From assembly GCA_013239625.1 (NCBI GenBank), contig MU053482.1, positions 1,153,168 through 1,217,167 of the forward strand: a DNA stretch of 64,000 bases. The letters are read 5' to 3'. This DNA comes from Lama guanicoe. Taxonomy: Eukaryota. Under the pieces are notes generated by a model. That model had not been told where the DNA came from. It ran no database searches and saw only the letters and a list, made by a program, of their open reading frames with translations. Both the position numbers and the translations under genes were made by a program. This document shows positions 35,891-48,315 of this stretch, in pieces (positions within the stretch are counted from its first letter, which is position 1; each line of letters starts with the position of its first letter).

Positions 35891-37140
35891 GAAAGAGATA
35901 TACGCAGGGAAAGAGGGAGGGATGCAGGGCCCAGCTTCTCATGTGCTCAGCATAAGGTACACAAGCCCCTTTGCTGACTCCCAGACTGGGGGTCCTCAGT
36001 GCACTCAGTGCACGATTCCAGTGGTTTGCATGTTTCAACCTCTACCCCCTGAAAAGCTGATTGGAAAAAACTCACCGACGACATCGCCTGCTTTGACTGA
36101 CAGCCTGGAATCTCCAGCTCTGGAAGGGCTTTTAGGAAAAGTCTGAACAATCCACAAAGAGAGAGATACAGCTGGGCTTCAGGGTCCCGAAGACTCTGGG
36201 TATTTCTTACTTCCAGGTGATTTTATAACTTTGCTTGTCAGTCTGAGAAGGTACGGGATGGAGGGGCAGGAAGGAAGGTGGACAAAGGGGAGAGGCCGGG
36301 GCCTCCAGAAGAGTTCAGAGCCACTGCTTCTGTCTCAAATCTGTTCTGCAAGCAGCCTTTGCTGTGAGAGGGAGCAGTGCTCAGGTGCGGGGACCTGGCC
36401 TGAGGCTTTCAGGAAGCATCATTGCCTTTGAAAGTGTGAAATTGAGCGGCGTGCACACAGACACCTGGTGGGATCTTGTCTTCTCTGCTCAGGGCTCCAG
36501 TCCCCGCGGCACTGGCCACACAGTGGAGACCAGGTACAAGCACACACTCCTGCCCAGAAGAAGAAATCGTCCTGCGTGCGTGCTTCTGGCGGCTTCAGCT
36601 AGACCACTGGGCCTTATTTACTGCTGTTTCACACTGTGATTATCCCGCTCCAGTCTCTGCTGAAAATGGCAGCGGTACCCACCGTCTCCAGTGTTGTATA
36701 GCACACTTTTTGTTTTCCAGACTTCACTGAAATCATTTAATAATGGGCAAAACCCCTCTGCTGCAGATCCCAAAGAATTCGTTCAAAATAACTCACCATT
36801 TATATAAATAACTCACCTCCCAGATAATTCTGCCATGGACATACTGAGTTAGGGTCTGTGTCTCTACAGCTTTTCCAGAGGCTGAGTTACCTTCCCACCC
36901 TGACCGCCATCACCACTATATGCCCGGCTCTAGGTTCACAGTGGGATGAGTTGGCACCCAGGTGGGACCCCTCCCTGGCTTGGTTACTAGTGTGGGGCAA
37001 TGGCAGGGCTGGGGGTGGAAGGGAAGATTGGGAGTAGGAGGGGCCTTAATCTTCATAGATGAAGAGGGGCGGCCAAGGGTGTTACTGGGGGTAGCTGGGA
37101 GGAGAGATGGGCGGAATTACAAGAAGGCAAAGGAGCTACA

Positions 37141-37263
37141 AGGGTATAGCTCAGTGGTAGAGCCTGTGCTTCACATGCACAAGGTCCTGGGTTCAAACCC
37201 CAGTACCTCCATTAAAAATAAATGAATAAACCTAATTATCTCCCCCACCAAAATAAAAAAAAA
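37141..37263 (+). mobile_element. Camelid-type tRNA-derived SINE
   Basis: gggtatagctcagtggtagag...ggtcctgggttcaaaccccagtacctccattaaaa...aaacctaattatctccccc. Confidence 0.9.
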
Positions 37264-37372
37264 TTTTAAGGGTGGCATAGGGACAAAGGCATGAAAGAGC
37301 AAAAGAGACAACGCTACCCTAAGATACGAGGAATTGGAAGGATGGAGTGGAGAGCGCTACAGTCTGCAGTCG

Positions 37373-37380
37373 TGACGTCA
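37373..37380. promoter_or_regulatory. Full palindromic CRE (TGACGTCA), intronic
   Basis: tcgtgacgtcagg; motif match only. Confidence 0.3.
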
Positions 37381-37964
37381 GGGAGAACTGGGGTTGACTT
37401 AGGGGAGGAGAGGGATGCAGTTTTGATAAAGGTCATTGATGAAGAGGTTGGCAGGTGAAGAGCCCCAGAGGAGGGTTGGAGATGGTTCATGAAGGGGGCT
37501 CATTCAGGGTGGGGGAAGTACAGAATAGGAGATGAGGGGACAGTAGGGAGAGGAGAGGCTACTGGACAGTGTGGGTGGAAGGCAAAGGAGTGGGTCCTGG
37601 CAAGTGTGGTCTCAGGGGCAAAGGCTGCCTTACCTGGAGGAAGTAGAGGGACCAGGCTGCCCTGCGGATGGAAGAGAAAGGCACAAGCTGTCTCAGCCCT
37701 GCTGCTCTCCGAGTTGTCTGGGAGGGGGCCTGAGCCCTCTGTCACCCATGCATCCACTCATGCAGTCATCACCCTGGGTCTGATGTGCCCTGACCTCCCC
37801 ACCAGCCGCACCCTGACGTGCCTGCCTGACACCCCCTCCTCTCCTGCTGCCCTGGTCTATGCCCATCCAGTCCTGTGTCCTGCCTTCTCCCCAGTGCTGG
37901 TCACTGCACTCCAGACAAGCAGGCACACCTTGCCTGTAACACGATGCTCAGATTAATAATAAGA

Positions 37965-38135
37965 CAAGGTTAGCTTTCCTGCATGGAACATCTACTCCAT
38001 CCAGGGCACTGTGCTAAATGCTGTACACGCATCATCTAATTTAACATTCACCCTCTGAGGTAAACTGTATTATCTCCCCAGATGAAAAAACAAGCTTAAC
38101 TAACTTCAGGAGGCAAGAAAGTGGTAGAGCTAGCA
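37965..38135 (-). mobile_element. MIR SINE
   Basis: gggcactgtgctaaatgctgtacacgcatcatctaatttaa...ccctctgaggta...tattatctccccagatga. Confidence 0.75.
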
Positions 38136-38149
38136 TACCAAGAAGACGA

Positions 38150-38521
38150 CATTGTGTGTCCACTGTCATAAGCCCTCTCCATACTCTCTGTGAGTCTTAC
38201 ACTCCAGTGACTTGGACTCGGTCCTGTGACTTGCTTTATCCACTAGACTGCGAGTGGGGTGACAGTTCCAAGTGAGGGCTTTAAGAAGCATCGCATGTTT
38301 CTATTCACCCCCTTGAGGTTTTGGCTTTTGTCATGGGAACTACCTGGGCCCTGGAAGAAGAAGACACAGAAGCAGACCTCTGCCTGTCTGGAGCCAGGTC
38401 CAGCTGAGCCCAGCAGGCTGCAGCCCACCCGCAGACCCACGAGCAAGAAATAAGTGTTTCTTGTTGTAAGCAGCTAAGATTTGGGGGCTGTTTGTTATTG
38501 CAGCAAAAGCTGACTGATACA
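38150..38521 (+). mobile_element. MaLR LTR (MLT1H/I/J-like)
   Basis: Terminal gagcaagaaataagtgtttcttgttgtaagcagctaagatttgggggctgtttgttattgcagcaaaagctgactgataca. Confidence 0.8.
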
Positions 38522-38577
38522 GATTTAAACTAGACCTTTCTGATTCCATACAGAGCTTTTAAAATCCCAGTGTTCTT

Positions 38578-38669
38578 GAGGGGAGGGAAATAGCTCAGGG
38601 GTAGAATGCATGCTTAGCATGCACAAGATCCTGGGTTCAGTCCTCAGTACCTCCATTAAAAACAAACAA
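38578..38669 (+). mobile_element. Camelid-type tRNA-derived SINE, short form
   Basis: A/B boxes; degenerate TSD aaaatcccagtgttctt (38561) / aaaatcacagcattctt (38670). Confidence 0.88.
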
Positions 38670-39559
38670 AAAATCACAGCATTCTTCCATGCCAGTGCTT
38701 CTTGGGCACAGATACCAAGGCTGTTTGGACTGGATCCAGACACGGACCTCTCTCCATCCCTTAGGAAAGGCTGTCTCTCCACCACTCCAGCATCACATTG
38801 AAACAGGCGGCCTGTGCCTGTCCAAGATGCTGTTTTCTTTTTCTTCCCCTGCCCTCCTCCTAGGAAAAAACTTGCATGTACGTACACCTCCCAGCAAGTC
38901 TCTCAAACCTGCTTCCCTGCCAGTCAGGCAGCTTAGAAGGTGCAGCTGAACCAGTCAGACACAACCAGGTTCTCACATGGCCAGTCAGCTCTGCTGGTTC
39001 TAAAAGGCCCTTCCCTCTGTGCTGTTATTATTCAGCTCAGTGAAGAATGTAAAACTAAAACAGCGCCTTAGTGTTTTCCGGAAAGTTCTTTTGTTTTCAT
39101 CCTTCTGGCACTAATTCACTGTTCCTTGACCTCACATTCCCAAATGATTCGTCATGTAAGTTTTTTGCTAATTTACTTTCAGTTGTTTTGCTTCTGCTGT
39201 TTCTTCCTCCACCTAATCATCTGCTTCAATATAACCATAATTTTCAAACCCAGTAGGATGTGCAATGAATAATATGCAGTAAAATTAACTGAAAGCCTCC
39301 TTCAAAAAAGTTCCTAAAAGTTAATGGAATATCTTTTTTTATCTTAGTAGTCGTGTTATATTCTGTGGGTTTCTTCCCACAAATGTGTTTTTCAGTGTTG
39401 TATTCTGATCAGACTAAACTTTGTAGCTACAAAGATTTGATTCCTTCAGATTAGAACATGATTTTCCCTAGTTATCTTAATGGGAAAAACTCTGAAGTGA
39501 AAACCTACAATTTTTCATATGCAGCGCTCCTTCTTCCTCTTCTGGTAAAAGAGCCCCAT

Positions 39560-39890
39560 TCTCCCTGAGGACCCACCCCCGCTTCCCTGTGCGTCCACGT
39601 GGTTTATGTGGACCTAGCCACAACCTCTGCTTCAGTGTCTCCGTGTGCCCCCAGGCTACATCCAATCAGCACAACCCAGGGTTGGTTCAGGGTGGGCATG
39701 GGACCCGTTTAAGGCCTATGAGTTTAATTGGAGCCATCAAGAGTCACATCTTCCCACTGGACCTTGCAGCTGTGAGGATGCAAATATGGTGTAGTTAGCT
39801 GCTATCTTGCCATCATAGCAGTCGACCCAGAATGGAACCAATCAACAGGAAGCAGTTTTGAGAGATGGGGACAGTGATAATGACTCCTGA
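39560..39890 (+). mobile_element. Old ERVL/MaLR LTR fragment (LTR16/MLT1K-like)
   Basis: ccaatcagc...ttggttcagggtgggcatgggaccc...gctgctatcttgccatc motifs. Confidence 0.55.
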
Positions 39891-40930
39891 ACCCCCGAAG
39901 GGATGGAGAGGCCAGTCAATCCAGACTGAGGTGGTAAAGAGGCATTGATGGCGTCGCTCAGCATCTCCACACTCAACAGCTCCGCAGCGCAGGGGGTACC
40001 TGGCCAGCACCTGAACAACACAAGAAGGGGAGGAGAGAAGTGAGAGTGGGTGACGGGCCGTAAACCTCAGAGGGCGGTGCAGGATGGGGAGCTGACAGGC
40101 CACTGGCCACGGGGCCGGTGCAGGGACAAGTTTCGGTGCAGAGGCAAGCAGGGTGGCAGAACCTCCACCAAAGTTGGGGGTGCAGAAGCCGCAGTGCAGG
40201 GCTGGGACCTGGAAACCAGAACAGGCAGGACAGAGCTGGCACTGGGACAAGGGAGGCTCCGCAAGCTTTGCCGGGCTCCAGGGGCTGCAAGAATAACTCC
40301 AGGCCCCACCTAGTGCAGGCGTGAGGCTCCCGTTGCTCCCCTAGAGGTGGAAGGTTCTGACTCATTCACCTGATCACGGCAGCAGGGAGCCGCGGCACCT
40401 CGGGCACTCCGATGCCCAGGGCCTCCTCTTAGTTTATTTTAATTACATATAATAGAAACCAGATGGAACTAGCTTGGGAGTTTTTGTAAGAATTGAGGGA
40501 GGTTTCTTGGAATTCAAGGGCAGGGATGGATCTAGGTTCCAGGAAGGACTGGGGCTAAAACTGGAAACTTTGGGGAAAACAGTCCTTTGTTTTTCCTTTG
40601 ATTCTGCTCTCTCCTTCCCTCACTTCTACATTTCGCTGTCTCGCTGTCTCTTTTTCTCCATATTTTCATCTCTGTCTCTTTTTTCCCTTTCAACCCCTTC
40701 TCCATTTTCCTGTAGAAGGACTTTCATTTGCATTGACTTGGGTGCCCGTCCTTGGTCCAAGCAGCTGAGACAGTGGGGTGTGGGTGGGGAGGGGATAAAA
40801 AGAGGGCCTGACTCACCGCCATGGGTGGGGGGCACTGCAGATGATGGAGCGCGGGGGTGAGGGGGTTGCCGGTGTGAGCTGGGAAGACACTCCAGTCTGT
40901 TCCTCTGACCCCCAGGGCTGGCCTTTGGCA

Positions 40931-41411
40931 TGTCAGCTGAAATAAATGCACAACCTTAAAGTTGAGAGTTACATTTTACTCGGTAGACAATCCTGAGGAC
41001 TCAGGCTACATAACAGCCTAGACCGCTCTGAGGGACTGCTCCGAAGAGGTAGGGGGGGAGCTAGGATATTCAGGAGCTTTACAACAAAGAACAGGGAGTT
41101 GGAACATTAAAAGATTACTTGTTAACAAGAAAACCAGGCATCTCAAGTTAAAGAATTTAGCTCTTTTCTATGTACGGGAGGAAGCAAACATTTGGGCTCA
41201 TTGAATTCATTCCTTTGACAAGCACCTAGCTATCTAGGGCCGGCATCCTGTCCCTTCTTATTCTGAGTCCCCTCAGAGGGCACCATTGTGAGTGGCTGCA
41301 GAGGCTGGGCTGCAGGCTAGTCTTCAGGGGCGGGGGAGGGCAGCTGCTGATGCCTTGATGGCTTTAGCATTCTTTGTTTACTGATACGCTTTGCAGTATT
41401 TTTCATTCACA
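40931..41411 (-). mobile_element. Solo ERV LTR (ERV1-like)
   Basis: TG...CA termini (tgtcagctgaa...tttcattcaca); ttttact reads AGTAAA on the minus strand; typical body gagggactgctccgaagagg...cacctagctatctagggcc. No TSD resolved. Confidence 0.75.
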
Positions 41412-44400
41412 GATACATTTAGCACCAGTTCCCACTGTGGTCCTCAGGTGTCCCGATCTCTGCATCCCAGTGTTTATTCAGCCTGCATTCACATTGCACC
41501 GCCCTGGGCCAGGGGCTCTCCCAGATGCCAGAAACCAGTATTGAGCAACAGTCAAGATGCCTGCTACACTGGAGCTTGCATTTTAGTGGAGGAGACAGAC
41601 AGTTCACAGACAAACCAACCAAAAATGGGTCATGAGAAGTTCGAGGATGGAAATACAGAAGACGGATGTGATAGGAGTGGATGGGAGGTGACACCTGATG
41701 GAGAACTGGAGCAAGAAGCAAACAGTATAGCAAAGGCCTGGGAAGCGCGGGGAGGAGGTGGCGGTTGCTGGGCTGCGGGGTCCCGGGAAGTGGGGGTCAG
41801 GGCGGGAGGGTGGCTACCCCCGCATTCTGGTGTCCCTGTCATCGTTGGGAGAACCAGGGGGAGGAGCTAAGCTCAACCTCCCCAGCATGTCCCCTCTGCC
41901 TACTCCTCTGACCGGCCAGGTGCTCCCAGAGGAGCCAGGTGAGCTTAGCACCCCCACAGGTAACACTAACCCCTGATTCAGTCAACTAGCCGCCCTTTCC
42001 CCAGCCTTGCTACACTCTAGGCCACTTTTTTTTCCTTTTCACCTATTTCCAGCCCCTTGGTGAAAGTCCAAGGTCCTCAGGTTGTCTGACCCGAGCCTCT
42101 GCCCTCCTGCCTGCCCTAAGCTGATTTCCTCTCCCTACTTGGCTTAGCAAATCCCTGAAGAATGTCTGTCTACACATCTCACCCTTTCTCCTCCCAGCTG
42201 CGCCCCGGGCTTCTCTGCTGCCCACCTTTGCAGGTCTCAGAAGTGCTGCTTCCAGCCTCCAGTCTCCCCGGCCCTGCTCTTCCCAGGCATGGACACGGCC
42301 CCTCCTCAATCCCCCGAAGCACAGCTGGTGGCAGCTGTGGCATTCAGTGACCCCTAAGGGTTAGGGGTGACCTGAGTGATTGCAAGACAGAACATCTTGT
42401 AAAACTGAAAGTGTTGTAACCGGGGAAAGAAACATCCTCCTCCTTCTGTCCCTGACGACCGCAAACTGCCATCAGGAATGTACTGTTCATTATGCAGGAT
42501 AGTGCAGCCTCATGAGCTCAGCCTCTCAAGCTAAGACGGGATCCGGGCTCTACCTTCAATAATCTAACCCCGCCAGCTCCCACCAAGAGCTTCTTCCCAG
42601 GGCCATGCAGAGTGCCCTGCAGTTGGCTCCTTCACCCAGGAGCCGGGCTAAGTGACAATGAAAGCAGCTCTCTCTGGGTTCCTGTTCCTAATTCACACAA
42701 AGCCCAGCGTTAATTGCTTTGTGGAGAGAGAGGTGTCATGGCCTACCATCAGCCGTAGTTTTTAGAAGAGAGCAGATATTCAGATAAGAGAAAAGTAATT
42801 GTGCTGCTAGGATTTTTTTTTTTTGGATATTATGAGAATCTTTGAGATGCAAAGCTAATGGCAGGAGTAATACCAAAAATATTATTAATATTTTAATGTT
42901 ATTAATAAACATATCAGTATAGGCCTCTATACCTTGGGGGAAAATAAATGTTCTTATGTCATACCCTCTTTTCAAACAACAAACACATTTAAGGATCTCT
43001 GTTTCTCTCTCAGGAACATAAGCCGTAAGACATCATATTATTTTTATTATCACATATTTAATTGACTTTTAAAATGAAGTCCTATTCAAGCTATCAGGTG
43101 TGCTCATTCCATACAACTGCATCACAATGTTTAAGCTAATTCTTAGAACTCCTCCCAAGCTAAGAAAAAACACATCCATAATCTCGCCTGGCAAAGGGAA
43201 GGTGAGCACGAAGGGCCTGGGAGACAGAGTGAAGACCCGTTTGGGGCAGTCATGCGTCAGTAATTTGCCCCTCATGATGTCACAATAGGCTGCAAATCCT
43301 ACAGCTGCTCTTTGGCCTGTGTGAACTCTGGGTGTGAGTGACCACCTCCTGGCCACCCCTCTGGTCAGGTGAGATTAGCCCCAGCAGGTGCCCGAGACGG
43401 AGGTCGCCCAGTGCCTGTCATCTCTCCCTCAGGTGGTCTGCGGAATAGATTTCAGCAGCCCTGGTCGTTTCCTTCTCATTGTAAGCCATTCTCCTTAAGA
43501 AGGAGAACCCTGACTTGGCCAGGTCTTTCTCTTTCAGAGGCTCCTGGGGCTGGCCATACCTATTTAGTTTCCTAAATTAATTTTCCATTTTGAGCCTTCC
43601 TCAGCCTAGAATGCTTTTCCTCTACATTCTCACCATATAAATCCCACATGATCCTCAGGGTTCAAATGAAGTGCCACCTCCTCTGTGACCTGCACCCCAC
43701 TTAGCATGACTTAGCACAAAGTGTATCCAGAAGACTTCGATTGTGATTCACATCAACCACTTACCACCTCTAGATTTTCAGTAACTTAGGTACATCTGTC
43801 TTTTCTCTTGATCGTGAGCCCCTCGATGTCTAGGATTGTGTCCTCCCCCTGGCGAAAAGTGGGGCCTTTCACCATTTATTTAGCTGATTTGGGCACACTG
43901 CTAACCTTGGCTAGAGATGGTGATGAGCCTTTCCTCTGTGGTCTACAGAAGTTTCCAGTATGTGATGGGCAGCAGGCAGGAGGGGACTGATCGGTGTGAG
44001 CGTGCCCCAGGGAGGATGCAGACAGATGCAGTCTGCACACAGCTCCTCACCATGGGTGGAAGCATCCCAAGGAGAAATGCAAGGTACCCACACCTGCAGC
44101 AGGCTGGGGGCACCTCCATCCAGTGTCAGGCAGATGAGAGCTTGAGGACATTGAGGTCTTGTTCACTAGCCAGAAAATCCCACCATCCATAAAGGTAACA
44201 TCCTGAAGTCAAGTTCACAGGTGAACAGATCTAGCATCCATTTTATTGTGCGCTAATGTTTAGGGTCATCTGGGGGTTGGAGGTAGATATACGACTCTTC
44301 ATTTGTGATCTCTTTGGTATTTGTGGCTTCTGTTCTCTTTCAGAGCTTCACTTGTCACTTTTCAGGAAATGCTGAACTTAAACACTCTGGTCCTGTTTGG

Positions 44401-44509
44401 GGACCAGCCAGATAGAGCTCTGAGGAGCCAAAGCCCGCTGTCTCCTTCCCATCATCACTGCCCAGGAAGATGGGGACTACCAAGGCATGAGGGCTGCTTT
44501 GGCCGTGCC

Positions 44510-45105
44510 CACATGGTCACTTACTCTGATTTCCCTGCTCTCCAGTGTGCTCCCCAGTCCAGTCTCTACACAGCTTCCAAATCTGACCATGCTCCTTCCG
44601 TACATAAAATCCTTCAGTAACTGTCCTTTATCCAGAACAAGATCAAGGTTTTTATCTTGGCGTTCAAGGTCCTCTGTGACTCCTCCCCCATCTCTTCTGT
44701 GCATTATGTTGAGGCCAGGCCCAATTACTAGTGGTCTGCACCCTGATTTTTATTCACCCCATGCCCCTGCTCCTGCTTCAAGTCTTTTCTGTGTGTGCGC
44801 TGTCCTTTCTATGCGACATTGCTTGGCTAGATTCAGCTCCTGTTTTAAGCATCTGCTCACCTGTCATCTTCTTCAGGAAGCATTCTGGAGATCCTCCCAC
44901 TGTGAGTTAAATGTCTCATCTGCATTCTCTCCTCCTAACCTGTGCCCACCCCTAACGTAACATTCGATGCCACTTGATATTATCTGTGTGCGTGTCATCT
45001 ACAGCGCATCCAGATGCTCCTTGAGGACAGACTGTTACTCATCATTGTATAACCAGTACCTGACAAAACGCCTGGCTCAAAGCCAGCGTCTTGTTGGATA
45101 GAGTT
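44510..45105 (+). mobile_element. L2 3' region
   Basis: ccaaatctgaccatgctcc...aaatccttcagtaactg...atgctccttgaggacagactgt...ttgtataaccagtacctgacaaaacgcctggc. Confidence 0.7.
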
Positions 45106-45467
45106 CCAATTTCTTCTATCTTGCAACTTGGGGAATGATGCTGATTTTTTGAATGGACTCTGCATTTCAAATTTCCAAATATACAGGCCTAGAGGTTCTA
45201 TTAAAGTATAAAAGTAACCCAGGTCTGGCTCTGAAAGCCAGAGAAGCTCCATTTTCTGGAGCCCCAGTTCTTCAAGTGCAGGGTGACATCCGTGAGAGGG
45301 AAGACAGTGCGGTTAAGTTCCCAGTCATTGTCTCAGGTGAGATTTGTGGCAAGACAAAAGCCCAGACAATTCTCATAAAGGTCTCTGCCAAAGAATCATC
45401 TTAGCTGAAAAGCAGGTTGGGAGATCCATGACTGTTTCCTCCAGGAAGCTCAGAATTCCTTCATGCT

Positions 45468-45630
45468 TTTTTATTTTTTTTAATTTAATTTTATTTTATT
45501 TACTTGTTCTTTGGAGGAGGAGGTAATAAGGTTTGTTTGTTTGTTTATTAATGGAAGTACTAGGGGTTGAACCCAGGACCTTGTGCATGCAAAGCACACA
45601 CTCTACCACTGAGCTACATCCTCTTCCCTC
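45468..45630 (-). mobile_element. Camelid-type tRNA-derived SINE
   Basis: Antisense A/B boxes; perfect 11-bp TSD tccttcatgct at 45457-45467 and 45631-45641. Confidence 0.93.
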
Positions 45631-46464
45631 TCCTTCATGCTCATAATCACCAGCTGTTTATCTCAGCAACCATCAAGACTCCTCTTTGCATTACCTGCAT
45701 CCTTTCTTGTATTGTGGCATCTGTTCAAGCAATGATCAGTTTAGCTGCCTTTAACACAATTACTTTGCAGAGGGAAGCTGGGGACCCAGTCATTTACTTA
45801 TTCATCAGGAAATATTGGTTGAGTACCTGCTCTGGGTATACATCTGTGAGAAAAAAACAGATGAAAAATGTTGTCCTCTTAAAGCTTATATTCTAGTGAG
45901 AGAAACACAAAATAAATGTAAATGAATGTAATATGTAATATTGAAGGTGATAAATACTATGAAAAATACAATTAAGGAAGAGGGACCAAAAGCATGGTAG
46001 GGGTTTTTGGTTGGTTCGTTGGGTTTTTTTAGAGGGGGATTAATTTTAATGGAGGTGGTGGTAGGCCTCAGGGGAGCTGAGACATTTGAGCCAACACTTG
46101 AAGGGGATGAGGGGGCACACCATGTGGATTTGCAGGCTGAGGGAACAGCCAATATGAAGGCCTTGGAGGTTGCACAAGGAACAGTGGGGAGAGCAGTCTG
46201 GGGGATGCAGGGTGAGTGAGAGGGAGAGTAACAGGAGTGAGATCAGGAAGGTGAACAGGGTGGGTAGGGCCCAGGTTGCATAGAACCTAGTAGATCTTCA
46301 TAAGGACATTGGTTCATACTTTGAGATGAACAGGAATGTTAGTGCAGGATTTTGAAGAGCTATGTGACATGATCTGGGCTTACAGCTGTTCTCTCTGGTT
46401 CTGTGCTGGGATCAGACATAAATAAGGGCAAGAGTGAGAGTGGGAGAACCTTTAAGAGTCTGCT

Positions 46465-46572
46465 GGGGCAGAGGTGTAGCTCAGTGGTTCAATCCCCAGC
46501 ACCTCTATTAAAATAAACAAACAAACAAACAAATAACCTAAATACATCCCTCCCCCCAAAAAGCTTACCATC
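46465..46572 (+). mobile_element. Camelid-type SINE with an internal deletion between the A and B boxes
   Basis: gtgtagctcagtggttcaatccccagcacctc lacks the ~33-nt agag...cctg segment; tail is retained. Confidence 0.85.
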
Positions 46573-47087
46573 TAAAAGTCTACTGCTATTATCTAGATGG
46601 AAACAATAGAGGCTTGGACCAGTGTAGAAGCAGAGGTAGTGGTGAGAAGTGGTTACATTCTGGATATATTTTGGAAAGAGATTGAATAGGATTTCCCGAT
46701 GTAGGGTGTGACAGAGAGAAGCAAAGGGATGATTCCAGCATTTGGGGCCTGAGCAGCTGGAGGATGGAGTTGCTATGAAGTGAGCTAAGGAAGGCTGCAG
46801 ATGGAGCACCTATGTGGGGCAATCAGGAGTTTGACCTAGTAAGTTTGAAGCATGTATTGGATGCATCTACAGGGAGACATCAAGTGGCAGGTAGATGCAG
46901 AAATCTAGAATTCCAGAGCTAGGTCACGCTATAGTTGTAATGTTGAAATGTAAATGGAGAGGAGAAGAGGCCCAAGGACTAAAAATTGGGATATTCCAAC
47001 GCTTAAAGGTAGGGGAAAGAAGAGAAGCCAACAGAGACTGAGAAGGAGAAAGTCACTGAAGCAATAAGAAAATCAAGATGGAGGTTG

Positions 47088-47190
47088 GTGGGTAGGATGT
47101 AGCTCAGTGGTAGAGGGCATGCTTAGCTTGCACGAGGTCCTGGGCTCAGTCCCCAGTACCTCCATTAAAAAAAAAGAATGAAAGGAAGAA
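47088..47190 (+). mobile_element. Camelid-type tRNA-derived SINE, short form
   Basis: gatgtagctcagtggtagagggcatgcttagcttgcacgaggtcctgggctcagtccccagtacctccattaaaa. Confidence 0.9.
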
Positions 47191-47335
47191 AAAGATCAAG
47201 AGAACATCTAAAGACAAGAGGGAAGAAATTGTTTGAGGGAGACGATCAGATCTGTCAGATGTTGCCAGTAATTCAAAATAAGATGGGGACTGAGAACTGA
47301 CCTTGGGTTTACCAATGTGCTGGATATTGGTGACA

Positions 47336-47784
47336 TGGGATACAGGGCTAAATAATGTCCCTCCCAAATTCCTGTCTACCTGGAACCTCAGAATATGACC
47401 TCATTTGGAAACAGAGTTTTTGCAGATCTGTTTAGTTAAGTTAAAATAGGGTCATCCTGGGCCCCAAAGGATAGGCATGGAATCCAGTGACTAGGGTTCT
47501 TATAAGAAGACGATGTGAAGTCATAGAGGGACACTCAGGGAGAATGCAGTGTGATGACAGAGGCAGGAATTGAGGTGACATAGCTATAAGCCAGGGAGCC
47601 AAGGATTGCCGGGAGTTAGGAAGAAGCAAGGGAAAATTCTTACCTAGAGCCTTCAGAGGGAGCATGGCCCCACTGACATGCTGATTTCAGACTCTGGCCT
47701 CCAGAACTGTGAGAGTAAATCTCTGTTGATTTGAGCCCCAAGTTTGTGGTATTTTGTTACGGCAGCCCCAGAAAACTAATATAC
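47336..47784 (+). mobile_element. MaLR LTR (MLT1C-like), near full length
   Basis: ctcccaaattcctgtctacctggaacctcagaatatgacctcatttggaaa...cctccagaactgtgagag...ggcagccccagaaaactaatata. Confidence 0.85.
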
Positions 47785-47788
47785 TTGC

Positions 47789-48151
47789 TGTCTTAGGCAT
47801 ATCAGACCACCGTGATAGAGCACCAGAGACTGGGTGGCTGAAATGACAGAAATTTGTTTTCTCACAGTTCTGGAGGCAGGAGGTTAGAGACCAGGGCGCC
47901 GGCATGGCTGGGTCCTGGTGAGAAAGCCCTCTTCCTGGATTGCAGACGGCAGCTTTCCACTGGGTCCTCACATGGCAGGTGGAGACAGACACAGAGAGGG
48001 AGCAGGAGCGAGAGCTCTGCAGTGTCTCTCCTCACAAGGGCTGCTAATCCCATCACAGGGGCTCCCCGCCATGACCTCATCTAACCCTGCTTACCCACCA
48101 TGACCTCATCTTCAAAGATGAATTTGGGGGTACACAATCCAGTCCATAGTG
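47789..48151 (-). mobile_element. MaLR LTR (MLT1A-like)
   Basis: tgtcttag...tctcacagttctggaggc...catgacctcatctaaccc...gaatttgggggtacacaatccagtccatag. Confidence 0.85.
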
Positions 48152-48164
48152 CTTGGTAAAGCAG

Positions 48165-48315
48165 TCGTTTCTCATCTATGTACCTCGATTTCCTCATTTA
48201 TAAGATAAGGATGATGATAGGGCCCACCTCAGAATTGTGGTAAGGAGTAAATGAATTAATATATATAATCTTCTAAGCACAGGACATATGAAATGCTACA
48301 TAATGTTAACTATTA
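48165..48315 (+). mobile_element. MIR fragment
   Basis: tacctcgatttcctcatttataagataagg...ttgtggtaaggagtaaatgaattaatata. Confidence 0.65.

Larger units (their letters stand above)
45790..47335 (-). mobile_element. L2 (L2a-like) ~1.5-kb fragment interrupted by SINEs
   Basis: Starts catttacttattcatcaggaaatattggttgagtacctgct (antisense L2 tail) with canonical internal motifs (cattctggatatattttg; ttccagcatttggggcctgagcagctggaggatggagttgc). Confidence 0.85.

Noticed and set aside
40333..40350. CTCF-like cctctaggggagc (minus strand)
   Set aside because: Mismatch in the essential GGC end of the core; much weaker than the site at 63317.
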